This document shows positions 1 through 9,951 of a stretch of DNA of 20,000 bases, one piece after another (the first letter of the stretch is position 1; each line of letters begins with the position of its first letter). The notes below the pieces were generated by a model. It did no database searches. It worked only from the letters and a program-made list of their open reading frames with translations, and was not told the origin of the DNA. The DNA comes from Saprolegnia diclina VS20. Taxonomy: Eukaryota. Location: contig NW_008246069.1 in assembly GCF_000281045.1 (NCBI RefSeq), positions 220,191 through 240,190 of the forward strand, in the 5' to 3' direction. The position numbers and the translations under genes are program-made.

Positions 1-2087
1 GAGGCGCTGTGCAACGTACGCCACCAATCAACGTCCTCGCCCTTCTCATGTACGTTGGTGCTGTAGGATGCGACGGTGCGTGGCCCGACTGGCGATCTCT
101 CGTACATCCACTCGCCGTCATTGCGACCGCTCGTGCTCACCATGGCGGCGCTCTCGCTGCAGCTGCTGCCCGATGCTAGCGACCGAATGGTGCGACGACG
201 CATGGTGTCCATACTCTTATGTCTTGGTGGTGTAGCTTTGCGTAATCCAGACGCTCTTCACCGCGTCCTCGGCGTCGCTTCGGCGGATCGCGGTGGCGGG
301 CATCGCCAAGATGCTGACTGCCGGTCGCCCTGTACCAAAGAGCGTTGTTTCTATGCTGCTTGACGCTGCTGCCGACGCATCCATGGACGCTGCCTTGTTG
401 CTCAGCATCGTCTCGCAGCTCGAGGTGGCGGCACGCTCGATCGACGTCCCGCTCGCGTCGCTGCGATGGCTATCGGCGGAGCCCGACCCGAAGCTCACCA
501 GCCTCTTTCTCCACATGACATACCATGCGAGTCGGCGCAGCGTTCCTGGCGCGCTTCTCGAACTCCTCCGCGTCCTTGCCGTGACAACCACGTACCCCGT
601 GTCGCCCGCGACGACCACGATCGTCCGCAAAGCGCTGCGGCTTCTCGAGGCGCTGGTCCGCGAGATGCCAGACGCGACAGTGCCGACACTTGGGCCCGTG
701 TTGCTGCGGCTCCTCGCGGGTTCAAGTCCGCACGCCGACGCGCTCTGGGTGGCCATGTCGCATCTCACGTGGTATATGGCTGTGCCGACAGAGGCGGCGG
801 CATCCGCGCTCGCTTCGTCATCGTCGACGCGGCAGTCGCTCGCGATCCTCGTGTGCCTCTTGCGCAGCGGAGGCGATGCGTCAGCGCTCGTCTTGCGCGC
901 GCACGCAGCCCACCGATCGGCGTACATGAGCTGGCAGCTTGCGCGTGAGTGTATTCTGCACGGCGCCTTTGCGACGGCCGCGCAACTGCTGCCGAGCGTC
1001 GTGGCGGGCACCTTGTCGTCGACGACGCACCACTGGACAAGCGCCGTCGCCTTGTGGGTCGATGGCGAGGCGCTCGTGTGTGCCACGACGTCGGCCGTGC
1101 CGCTGCGCACGTTTGACTTGCTGCACGAGGCCCTCGCTACGCTGCAGCTCGCGACGTGTAGCGATACGTCGTTTGAGACGCTGAGCGGCTTTGTCTCGGC
1201 GCGTCTCGGGCTTCTCTCGACGCTCCAGTCGGCGCTGCAGGTCCGTGTTGATCTTGTTGATGTATCGCATTTGAGCTAAGGCGACGTAGTATGCATTCGA
1301 GAGCATCATTGCGTCGGGTCAAGTGTTTTCGACAACCAAGTGGACCGACCTCCAGCACCAGCTGCAGCGCCACGCCCGCACGTTTGCTGTGCTCAGTCAC
1401 GCCGCCTGGTCGACCACCGACCTCGACGCCCTCGCCAGTCACGTGAGCCTCTGTGAATTCGTGGCCGTCGCTATCGACAAGACGATCCACGGTCGAACGG
1501 CGACGGTCGCGACGCCGACGGTGCTCCCCCGGCATCCGTCCTGGCAGTTTGTGGCCGACTACGCTGCCCATCTTGCGAGAACCGAAGACGCGCCATGCAT
1601 GGAGTCGCTCGTCTCGATGCTCCAAGCCGTGTGCTCGCTACCGGCTGCGGTACCGCGGCCGCTCCTGCGCAGTGACGCGCCGGCGCTGTCGTTGGACATG
1701 GCGCTCGCGCCGGGCCCAAGCGTCAAGCAGATCTCGCGCACGGTGCTGGGTGTCACGACGGCCGTCGACTTGGCCGCCACGATCCACGTGTCGTTGCAGC
1801 TCGACGCGGCGGTGTCACCGGCGAGTCCTCTGCGCGATACGAGCTGCGGCTGGACGCTGCAGCTTGAAGTGACGCTCTCATCAGACGGCGTGACCACGGT
1901 GTTTGACGCGCCGCTTGTGGCGCATGGCGACGGCAGCTGCAGCAGCCATGTCCCGCTGGTCATTGAAGCAAGTCGCCTTGGCGAGCACTCGTCGCACGCG
2001 ATCTCGATCGCGGCGTGGGTCGCGACGCCAACACGCAGGTGCCTCCTCGCAGCCAAAGCGCTCGATCGCACCGTCGTCGTGTATTAG
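1..2087 (+). CDS. INTS7: Integrator complex subunit 7-like protein (5'-partial, ~646 aa in window)
   Basis: Exons <1-15, 67-189, 236-1240, 1290-2087 joined in frame by GT..AG introns 16-66, 190-235, 1241-1289. The Leu/Ala-rich helical region has ordered blocks resembling recalled animal INTS7: SWQLARECILHGAFATAAQLL..HHWTSAVALWVDGE, LHEALATLQLA..SFETLSGFVSARLGLL, SLCEFVAVAI, VCSLPAAVPRPLL..LSLDMALAP, then a beta-rich C-terminal domain. Confidence 0.65.
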
Positions 2088-2092
2088 GGTGA

Positions 2093-2462
2093 CTAACTAA
2101 AGAACTGCATGATGATGTACATACTGGTGAGGAGCACTGTCATCGAGATGACGACAGCAAGCGTCGGGTACTTGTGCTTGCGCTCGAGCACCTTGATCTG
2201 TGGCTTCTTGGCGGCCTCGGCCGCACTCGTGTGTCGCTGCACGTACTTGGCGTGGCGCGGGTCGTTGGCCATCGCCACCTAGTCGAGCTGTAGGAAGTTG
2301 GCATGACGCATTGCGCAGCCGCACCTCGTACGCCGCTTGGCTGAAGGCAACGACAGGCACGTGCACGCTGCGCATTGGATCCCACGCGTAGACGTCGGCG
2401 GCGGGCGGCTGGCGGCCATCGGCGACCAGCGCGAGGAAGACGATGGCGTAAGCTGGTCGCAT
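2093..2462 (-). CDS. Small hypothetical membrane protein (~107 aa) with a hydrophobic N-terminus and a C-terminal TM helix
   Basis: Exons 2462-2325 and 2278-2093, intron 2324-2279 (GTGCGG..CTAG, 46 nt, phase 0). Product MRPAYAIVFLALVADG...KVLERKHKYPTLAVVISMTVLLTSMYIIMQFFS, with GC3-rich codons. An alternative in-frame first exon from ATG 2551 via intron 2511-2453 is also possible. Confidence 0.7.
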
Positions 2463-2749
2463 GGCACCGTTTCAAAAGTGCAACGGCCACGCGGCAGCTA
2501 CGCCCATGCACCTGTGCCGAGCTCGACAAGCTGCAGGCCGGCGGTGGTCATGGCCACGGCGGCGCGTCGGTTGTCGGAGCGGCGCCGGCTGCGTTGATCC
2601 CTGACGGATCGAAGGTGGGTGCTAAAAAACGCATTGCGTTTTAGTCGTTTAACCGCGGGTAAAGGGACTTGAACGCGTTTAAAGCCAAAAAGAACGCTGC
2701 GTGTAACGCAGTTGGACGACTTGGAGTTTGTATGATGTGCAGAGTGGGG

Positions 2750-2758
2750 GCTCATTTT
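2750..2758 (+). promoter_or_regulatory. Oomycete initiator (Inr)-like element
   Basis: GCTCATTTT lies ~30 nt upstream of ATG 2787 and matches the GCTCATTY core of the oomycete Inr. The downstream FPR half matches imperfectly. It sits in the divergent intergenic region 2463-2786. Confidence 0.55.
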
Positions 2759-2786
2759 ATTCCTTTGCGACGACGACAGCAGCAGC

Positions 2787-5000
2787 ATGGCCAAGGCCCG
2801 GAAGCTCAACCCGTGGGCAGAGCAGATGATCGCGGCCTTCCAGCTGCCGGCGCTCAAGGACGACGAGTACTTTGTGCAGTGGGAGACAGGCCGGCTCGGC
2901 GTCAACATCATGGAGGACAAGGAGTCGGAGCTGCCGATCGTCTGGACGATCATTGATCCGTCGAGCCCACTCGCGGCCGCCATGGAGGTCGGCGACTACC
3001 TCCTCTGCGTCAACGAGCTCCGCGCCGAAGACAATACGTTCCACAACTTTCTCCAGCTCCTGACAACCAAGCAAAAGCCCGTATTGCTCCGCTTTCGCCG
3101 GGCGCGGTCACGCGACGAGACACAGCCCGAGCCGCCCTTGCCACGGTCCAAGTCGTTCAAGAGCGAGACCAAGGCCAATGGTGAAAAGCCGGGCTTGAAG
3201 CTAAGCTTGAGCAGCGACAGTCTCTTCCGCAACCGCGCGCCGTCGCGCTCGTCGCGCAAGCTCGACACCCCGACAGTACGGATCGAGAGCCCCGAGGAGC
3301 CCAAGCCCATCTCGCCGCGCGACCTCCTCGCGATGGACCCGTACCGCAAGTATCGATACGAGTTTGAGTGGGTCGACGGCGCGCTCGGCCTGTACTTTGG
3401 CGAGGAAGAGAGCCTCAATATGCCCGTGATCACTCGCACTTTGCCGCATGCGAGCCCCGAGCTGCTCGCCAACGTCGCGCCCAACGACATCCTCGTCTCG
3501 GCCAACGGCCTCTCGTCCTACGACGTGTCGTTTGCCGACTTTTTCACACAGCTTCAGCACTGGCCCAAGCCGATCCACCTCGTGTTCCAGACGGCGCGCC
3601 CGCCGAGCCCATCGACACCGAAGGGCGCGCCGCCGTCGAGCCCGCCCCACGACTCGATCAACCGCGTGCCCAGCCCGCCGCCGGATCAAGTCCGAGAGTC
3701 GGTGCGAGAGTCGACCAAGTTGAAGATTATGTCGTTCGGGTCCAAGCCCAAGGCGACGACCGTGTCGCCAAGTTTATCGACGACAACACCGACACCGCCA
3801 GGACGCGAGAAGGCAGCGCCCAAGCCCATCGTGACGACACCGCCCCGAGACACAACAAACTCGCCAACCGTAGTGACGTCGCCCAAGGCACCGGCACCGT
3901 CACCGGTGAGGGTCGCTGCCAAAGTCAAGGCGGTCGCGCCACCTAAAGCGCCGTCGCCACAGTCGAGCGAGCCGTCGCCACAGACCACGCCGACACGCAC
4001 GCCGTCACCGCAGACAAAGGCCTCATTGTCGCCACCGATGGCAGTCGCGCGATCGATGTCGCCACCGGCGCCCGTCACGTCGCCACCGACGCCCGTCACG
4101 TCGCCACCGCCTACACTGTCGCCGACGCAGAGAGCGCCCGATGCCAAACCCAAGAAGCCTGTCTTTGAAGACAGCGACTCGGACGACGAAGGTGACCGCA
4201 AGGAATTTGGGTCCGAGTACTTGGACGACGACTTGCCGCCTGCGGTGGCCGACCCGCCGCCGGTCGTTGTCGTGGCCCAGCATGACGCGTTGTTCGCGTC
4301 CACGAGTCGTGACGACGACAGTGCGTCCGAGGTCGACTCAGACATGGACTTGGACCTCGAAGAAGAGGAAGAAGAGGGACCGATCGAGAACGAGCCAATG
4401 CCGAATCTCGACTACCCGGTGCGGAAGGAGCGGTCGTCCGAGGTCGCGACCGACGATGGCCCGCGCGTCTCAACTGTGCCAAAGCCGTTGCCGTCCCGCG
4501 GCGGTGGCGGGGAGCGGTCGGGGAAAGCACGCGGCCGCGGCAAGAACAAGCGCAGCAGCGCCAATGGCGCCGCCAAGCTGGCCAAGATCACAGAGAACGA
4601 CGAACAGACGATCCCGCTCCTCGAACCCAACTCGGTCAACATGAAGCTCAACGTGCGCGGGAAGCTCAAGAGCCAGCGCGTGAGCAAGATGGACACGCCT
4701 GACAGCTCGCTGTACCTGTTGAAGTGGAAAGAAAATCGCAGCATTGGCCTGCAACTGCGCGAGTGCCGGCTCAGTAAAGGCGTGTACCCGATGGTCGTCC
4801 TCGTCTGCCGAGAGCCGTGCTGCGAGTCGCTCCGGCACGTGAGCGTCGGCGACGTCCTTCTCGAGATCAACGGCCGCGACACGGCCATGATGGGCGTCAA
4901 GAAAACCATTAGCTTTGTCAAAACGTGCTCGAAAACCGCGCTCCTCAAGCTCAAGCGCGGTCCCGGCTTCTCCGTGCAGCGAGTCAGCGCCACGTTCTAA
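2787..5000 (+). CDS. Intronless 737-aa multi-PDZ-like scaffold protein with a Pro/Ser/Thr-rich and acidic linker
   Basis: Single long GC3-rich ORF with three PDZ-like units: WETGRLGVNI..MEVGDYLLCVN..KPVLLRF; WVDGALGLYF..VAPNDILVSANG..KPIHLVF; WKENRSIGLQL..VSVGDVLLEING..ALLKLKRG. The middle is low complexity (SP/TP repeats, DLEEEEEE). Confidence 0.85.
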   Translation: MAKARKLNPWAEQMIAAFQLPALKDDEYFVQWETGRLGVNIMEDKESELPIVWTIIDPSSPLAAAMEVGDYLLCVNELRAEDNTFHNFLQLLTTKQKPVLLRFRRARSRDETQPEPPLPRSKSFKSETKANGEKPGLKLSLSSDSLFRNRAPSRSSRKLDTPTVRIESPEEPKPISPRDLLAMDPYRKYRYEFEWVDGALGLYFGEEESLNMPVITRTLPHASPELLANVAPNDILVSANGLSSYDVSFADFFTQLQHWPKPIHLVFQTARPPSPSTPKGAPPSSPPHDSINRVPSPPPDQVRESVRESTKLKIMSFGSKPKATTVSPSLSTTTPTPPGREKAAPKPIVTTPPRDTTNSPTVVTSPKAPAPSPVRVAAKVKAVAPPKAPSPQSSEPSPQTTPTRTPSPQTKASLSPPMAVARSMSPPAPVTSPPTPVTSPPPTLSPTQRAPDAKPKKPVFEDSDSDDEGDRKEFGSEYLDDDLPPAVADPPPVVVVAQHDALFASTSRDDDSASEVDSDMDLDLEEEEEEGPIENEPMPNLDYPVRKERSSEVATDDGPRVSTVPKPLPSRGGGGERSGKARGRGKNKRSSANGAAKLAKITENDEQTIPLLEPNSVNMKLNVRGKLKSQRVSKMDTPDSSLYLLKWKENRSIGLQLRECRLSKGVYPMVVLVCREPCCESLRHVSVGDVLLEINGRDTAMMGVKKTISFVKTCSKTALLKLKRGPGFSVQRVSATF

Positions 5001-5573
5001 GTACGACGACGTAGATTAATATTGAAGGCAGCGGTCCATTAGAGTGTACATATCGCGCAAGTCCAAGGCGTTGGGGAGCGCGAGACAAAGGTCAAGGCCC
5101 TGTATCGTGGGCGACCGACAAGCGCGTCGGCCATTGCGGATGGCCAAACGCATGTGCAAGCTGCTCACACTGTGACTACGCTCAGAGATCGGTCAGTTCG
5201 CCCGACGCCGTCACCGGTTCGCCTGGCTGAACATGGAGCGTCTCGACTTTGTTGATTGAGAGCTGCATTGACGGAGCCTCTATGCGGCCAAGCCAAGCAG
5301 CTAGGAGCTTGAGGCGGTTAGGATGTAAGCAGCTTGACTCGACCCACTCGGGTCACGATCGACTCGTCATGATTCGAGTGGGCCCTGCAGAATGCTGATG
5401 AGCGGCGAGTGGAGCGCGCTGCAGACGGCTCTGGACGACGATGCAGACAAGGCGCTCGTCCCCAGAGACTTGACGGAATCTTGTGGTGGTTGCGCAATGT
5501 GCCACGAAAGATCTTGCGCTTTGTATGCGGCGCAACTTCGATCGCCGACTTTGAGCATTTTCGAAACAGCAAA

Positions 5574-6474
5574 ATGGCCCGACGCTTCAAGGTGGCGCTG
5601 TGCCAGCTCGCGGTCGGCGACAAGAAGGCGATCAACATTGCGCGTGCGACGGCGGCCGTCGAGGAGGCGGCGCGCAACGGCGCGCAGGTCATCTCGCTGC
5701 CCGAGTGCTGGAACTCGCCGTACGCGACGTCGTCCTTTCCGCAGTACGCCGAGGAGATCCCGACGACGGCGCTCGTGACCGAGGCCGACCACCCGTCGAC
5801 GCACATGGTGCTTACGCTGGCGAAGCGCCTGGGCATCTATCTCGTGGGCGGCTCGATTCCCGAGCGCGAGAACGGCAAGGTGTACAACACGTGCGTGGTC
5901 GCGGGTCCCGACGGCGCGCTCCTCACCAAGCACCGCAAGGTGCACCTCTTTGACATTGACGTCCCCGGCAAGATCACGTTCAAAGAGTCGGACACGCTCT
6001 CGGCCGGCAGCCAAGTGACGGTCTTTGACACGCCGTGGTGCAAGATCGGCGTCGGCATCTGCTACGACATTCGCTTCCCCGAGCTCAGCATGCTCATGAA
6101 GACCGCTGGCGCCAAGTTCCTCATGTTTCCCGGCGCGTTCAACCTCACGACGGGACCCGCGCACTGGGAGCTTCTCCAGCGGGCGCGCGCCGTACGACAC
6201 TGCGCTCGTAATGCTGTTGGCTTATGCGCTGAACTAGGTGGACAACCAGCTGTACGTGGCGGCCACGTCGCCGGCGCGCGGGCCCGAAGGTGGCTACCAG
6301 GCGTGGGGCCACTCGACCGTCGTGTCGCCGTGGGGCGACGTCGTCGCGACGACCGAGCACGGCGAAGCCATTGTGTACGCCGACATTGACATTGAGCAGG
6401 CCGACGAGATGCGCCGCAACATCCCAACGGCGCTGCAGACGCGCTCGGACCTGTACAAGCTCGAGCAGCTCTAA
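5574..6474 (+). CDS. NIT2: Omega-amidase NIT2-like carbon-nitrogen hydrolase (284 aa)
   Basis: Exons 5574-6191 and 6238-6474, intron 6192-6237 (GTACGA..CTAG). Catalytic triad motifs [29 protein letters not shown], plus [25 protein letters not shown] and YQAWGHS, typical of NIT2/yeast Nit3. Confidence 0.93.
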
Positions 6475-6551
6475 GTGCAATCTCGCGCTCTTGGTCATTG
6501 TCTGTCCTATGACGCGACGACTATGTACACAAATCCACGGCTTTCGGCGTC

Positions 6552-8186
6552 TTAATAATGATAGTCCATGCGGTAAAAGGGTCGGGCGCTCGCCAGAAAA
6601 TCGTACGAGCACGAGAGCGCGATCTGCAAAAGCACGTCACTGCCGTCCGTGACGTGGAGGCGCTGCTTGTGGAAGGCGGCGTCCGAGACGGACAGCGTCG
6701 CGGTCACGAGAAGGTCGCCGTGGTCGCTGCCGCTGACGACGGATCCGACAAGGTACCGGTGCTGGCCGTGGATGACCGTGTTGGAGAACACAAACGACGT
6801 CGTGAGCTTGCCTTGGGTCACGAGCTCCGACATGAGGATGAACTGGTAGCCCCTTCGCCACGACTTGCGGAACATGCCGACGACTTCTTCGGCGCCGGAC
6901 GGCACGACGCGCGAGACGACGATCATCGGCTGGTTGGCGCCATATCGCTTGAGCGCCATGGTCATGAGCCCGCGGTTGGACGCGTCGGCCAAGACCCACT
7001 TGGTCTTGGTCGCGCGCTTCACAGTGAAGAGCGGGCGGCAGCCAAACCCGAGGATCGTGCAGAGCGCATAGTTGGTGCTGGACGTGAGCTGCTCCTTATC
7101 GAGCGTGAAGAGACAGTCCGTATACAAGGCGAGCATGCACTGAGTACGGAGCATGTCCATGCACAAGACTTCCTCGACCTTGGCGTCGTGGTCGTCGTCG
7201 TCGCTCGACCGCGTCGCGATCTGGCGCGGCCGGCAGTGCACGTGCTCACCAAAGAGCGCAATAGCCTCGACGTACACGTCGCACAAGCACTCTTGGAGCT
7301 CGTCGAACGTGTCGGTCGCGTCCGACATGACGCCGTCGTTGTCATCGAACGAGTCGGTCTCCGTCTTTGTCCTTGTCTTGGACTTCTTGGGCGACGTCGT
7401 CGTCTCGCGGTCCTTGGCGAGGACGGCGACAAGCTCTTCGTGGAGGAGGGTGTTGGTCTGGCACCCGACCAGATCCTGGTACGCGCGCTCGGTCGCGATC
7501 TCTGGAAGTTGCGAAATGGCGTGGAGGCAGCCCATGACCTCTTCCGACATGCGCTCGAGGGATGCAATTGCGCGCCGCATGGAGCTAGCGTTGATGCAAA
7601 TGAGAATGCGAATGTGGAACCGCCGAACGCGTACCCTTTGAACGACTCTTCGACGTATTTCGAGTGCACGGCGTCGACGTAGAGCGGCCCGAGCTTCTCG
7701 TCGGCCAGCAGCGCCTTCTGGTACGCGCGGTACTCGTTCCACGCGCACTTGAACTGGTGCGACACGTTGTTGACCGTGATGATGTACGTAAATGGCACCG
7801 CCCACATCGTCGACGACGTCGGCGCCGCGCGCATTTGCTTTTGCTCAATGCGAATCGGCTCGGGCTTGGTCCACGAGCCCTTGTGGCGGTAGCTCTCTAC
7901 GACGTACGATGAGCGCATTGCGTAAGTGGCCTCACACGGACGCACCCGAGAGGCCATCTTTGGTCGCGTGCGTTGGACAGACATAGAGTGGCATGATGAA
8001 CCAGTCGTCGAACGGAATCGTGAGCGTGTCGAGCTTTGGGGACGCCTTCTCGGCCGAGGACGGCTCCGACTGCGACCGCGTGGCCGCCTTGAGCTGCTTC
8101 CCGCGCCGGACCGGCACGTCGAGGCTCGTCGGCGTGAGCGCAATGAGGCTCGTCATCGGCGCTCGGACGTCGCCAGCTGCGAACAT
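6552..8186 (-). CDS. Hypothetical ~511-aa protein: degenerate PX-like N-terminal region plus C-terminal Tubby-C/LURP-one/scramblase-like domain
   Basis: Exons 8186-7946, 7896-7635, 7584-6552, joined in frame by introns 7945-7897 and 7634-7585. The C-terminus is a run of beta strands (PLFTVKR, WVLADASNRGLMTM, EVVGMFRK) ending in RLHVTDGSDVLLQIALSCSYD, like the terminal helix of LURP-one/Tubby-C folds. The gene is well supported; the domain names are inferred. Confidence 0.7.
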
Positions 8187-8296
8187 GCTGCTGCCGAGGT
8201 AATCTGCCAAAGTGGCAGGCGCCCAGAAACTAGGCCACAATCTTTCCCGCTTGGTGAGTAACCCAAGTGCAACCTGGCTCCCACTCTGTTTTCGCA

Positions 8297-8338
8297 CCAA
8301 TCACAGCCCGTCATTCCGTTACACCGTGTCCTGATTGG
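8297..8338. promoter_or_regulatory. Inverted pair of CCAAT boxes upstream of the minus-strand gene starting at 8186
   Basis: CCAATCA at 8297-8303 and TGATTGG at 8332-8338, 110-150 nt upstream of the ATG. CCAAT boxes are common oomycete promoter elements. Confidence 0.5.
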
Positions 8339-8519
8339 CCACTGTGTCTCACGTCGCGTCAGAGGGCCCATAGAAAGTCCAAGATATCCATGGTCCGAAT
8401 TCCGAGTGCCTAATTAGGACATAAAGCTGTGGGAAATGACGCATTTCGCACAGCCAAATGATGCGCGACGTTGAAGACGACACTATATTGTAACGTCAAG
8501 TAGTGTGACTGCAAACGAC

Positions 8520-9460
8520 GTCGATGTGGGCAGGGCGCCACCGATAGCTGCAACAAGGACACGATGGCGATGTGGCCATAAGCAAAAGTGATCGGAGCTG
8601 GCGTCATCTCCAGCTTGGACTGGCCCCATTTTCGTGCAAGCAAAGCGACGCAGTTGCGGCCAAGTGGGTGCGATGCGTCGAGGTTCGAAAACACATGCAC
8701 AGCACATCGAAGCACCGCGCCGAGTACTCGGTGGCTTTTGGCGGCGTGGTTGGGAGCGCCGCCAGAGTACGAGCGCTGCCGACATATTTATTCAAGCTCG
8801 GTATTGGCAACGCAACATGACGCAGCGCGTACATACACTGTCCAAGCATGGTGAATAGCGTGTCATCGCTTGGTCTGACGAGTTGGAATGTTGGTACTTG
8901 GAAGAAACGGCTTCAAGGTCGTAGTCGCAAGCAAGGAAGCCATTCGCCTCCTTGCACGCTTGTACTGGCGCCGTGCGAGCTGAGAGTGCTTGCAGGAGGA
9001 CATTGGGCTTGCCTCCACAACGTTGAACAGTGCATGCTCCGCTGCAGAAATCGGCGCTCGGTTCCGCGCTGGCTCGATGACATCCTTTCAGCTGCGCATG
9101 GCGCCAGTGCACGAGACAAAACGTCCCGAGTGTTCGTGTCACTTGCACTCACTTGCCCTGCATCCAAGCACGACGAGCTGAGCTCGCTTGAAGGCAAGTC
9201 ACAAAGGTGTTGCTCCAAATATACACTATTTCAAGCCTTTGGTCGGATTCTCCACGTGCAGAATACGGTGAAGAACGCGGGATGAAGCCATGGCGCTTTC
9301 AGTGAGTAATTCAAGGCGACGCAGAGTGCGACGCGGGTCTCATCAGAGTCTCAGACGCACCACCACGTAGCGTTTCTGCATCGGCGCCGCCTCTCATAGC
9401 CGTCACCCGACTGTGCAGCAGCAGCAGCAGAAGTCGCCCTCGCCTGCCACGAGGTTGCAT
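8520..9460 (-). pseudogene. Possible highly decayed ankyrin-repeat gene relic
   Basis: Minus-strand fragments in different frames resemble ankyrin pieces: MTPAPITFAYGHIAIVSLLQ, CLHENGASPS, CLDAGQVSASDTNTRDVLSRALAPCAAE, MRGGADAET. There is no continuous ORF and no GC3 bias. Confidence 0.25.
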
Positions 9461-9718
9461 CTCAGATCCTCTTCTCAACTCGCAGCGTGTTCAAGCTGAG
9501 AATGTATTGAGCAACAGATATGGGTGGTCAAGTAGCTTGCTGCACGCTGCTCATTGCCACCGAGTTGCTCTTGAATCTCGCGTCCTTTCGCCTTTCAAGA
9601 TACGGTTTATTAATATTCGCCTGGATATGAACAATATACACAGTACAAGTGGTTTTGAGATCTCTATCGACAGCTGGAATATTATTTTGATGCAAAGACA
9701 GGGAATCTTTCGTCGGCA

Positions 9719-9735
9719 TCTGATTGGTTAAAAAT
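9719..9735. promoter_or_regulatory. CCAAT-box motif in the AT-rich region upstream of the 81-aa ORF
   Basis: TCTGATTGGTTAAAAAT resembles the extended oomycete CCAAT consensus (TYTGATTGGCTGAAA, recalled). It lies in the most AT-rich part of the window (~9590-9920), ~230 nt before ATG 9952. Confidence 0.5.
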
Positions 9736-9951
9736 AGGCACGTCGAGATTCGCTGCCGGTTTTTTCGAGCGCTGGGAATAAAACGCGCAAATAAACGTCT
9801 TTTTATTATTTTAATGCGTCGAAATTGTCGAAATTCGAGAACCCTGCATTTTATTACACACATTGGTGAAGAGAAGAGTGTCGGTCGACATTAAATGGTG
9901 GGCGGCGGTTTAAAATGAACACTTTGCATCTTCCCAGCACGGTCCAGCACC

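Noticed and set aside
4060..4130. Tandem GTCACGTCGCCACCG units as a repeat array
   Set aside because: They encode PVTSPP repeats in the PDZ protein linker; there is no spacer structure.
5343..5382. Hairpin as a SECIS element (ATGA...TGA on the minus strand)
   Set aside because: The stem above the ATGA core is too short, there is no apical AA, and no adjacent gene needs UGA readthrough.
5409..5573. N-terminal extension of NIT2 in the ORF track
   Set aside because: Starts at GTG; nitrilase similarity begins at AAAATG 5574.
6558..7682. 374-aa plus-strand ORF and similar long antisense ORFs (217-1110, 5367-6200, 11935-12543, 12500-13102, 17917-18579)
   Set aside because: Shadow ORFs caused by high GC3 in real genes on the opposite strand; no motifs of their own.
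9285..9365. Minus-strand CTGATGA (9346-9340) followed by GAAA (9300-9297), resembling a hammerhead ribozyme core
   Set aside because: Stem II does not close (GACCC versus TCACT), stem I cannot form in type I or III topology, and stem III is out of register by one base.
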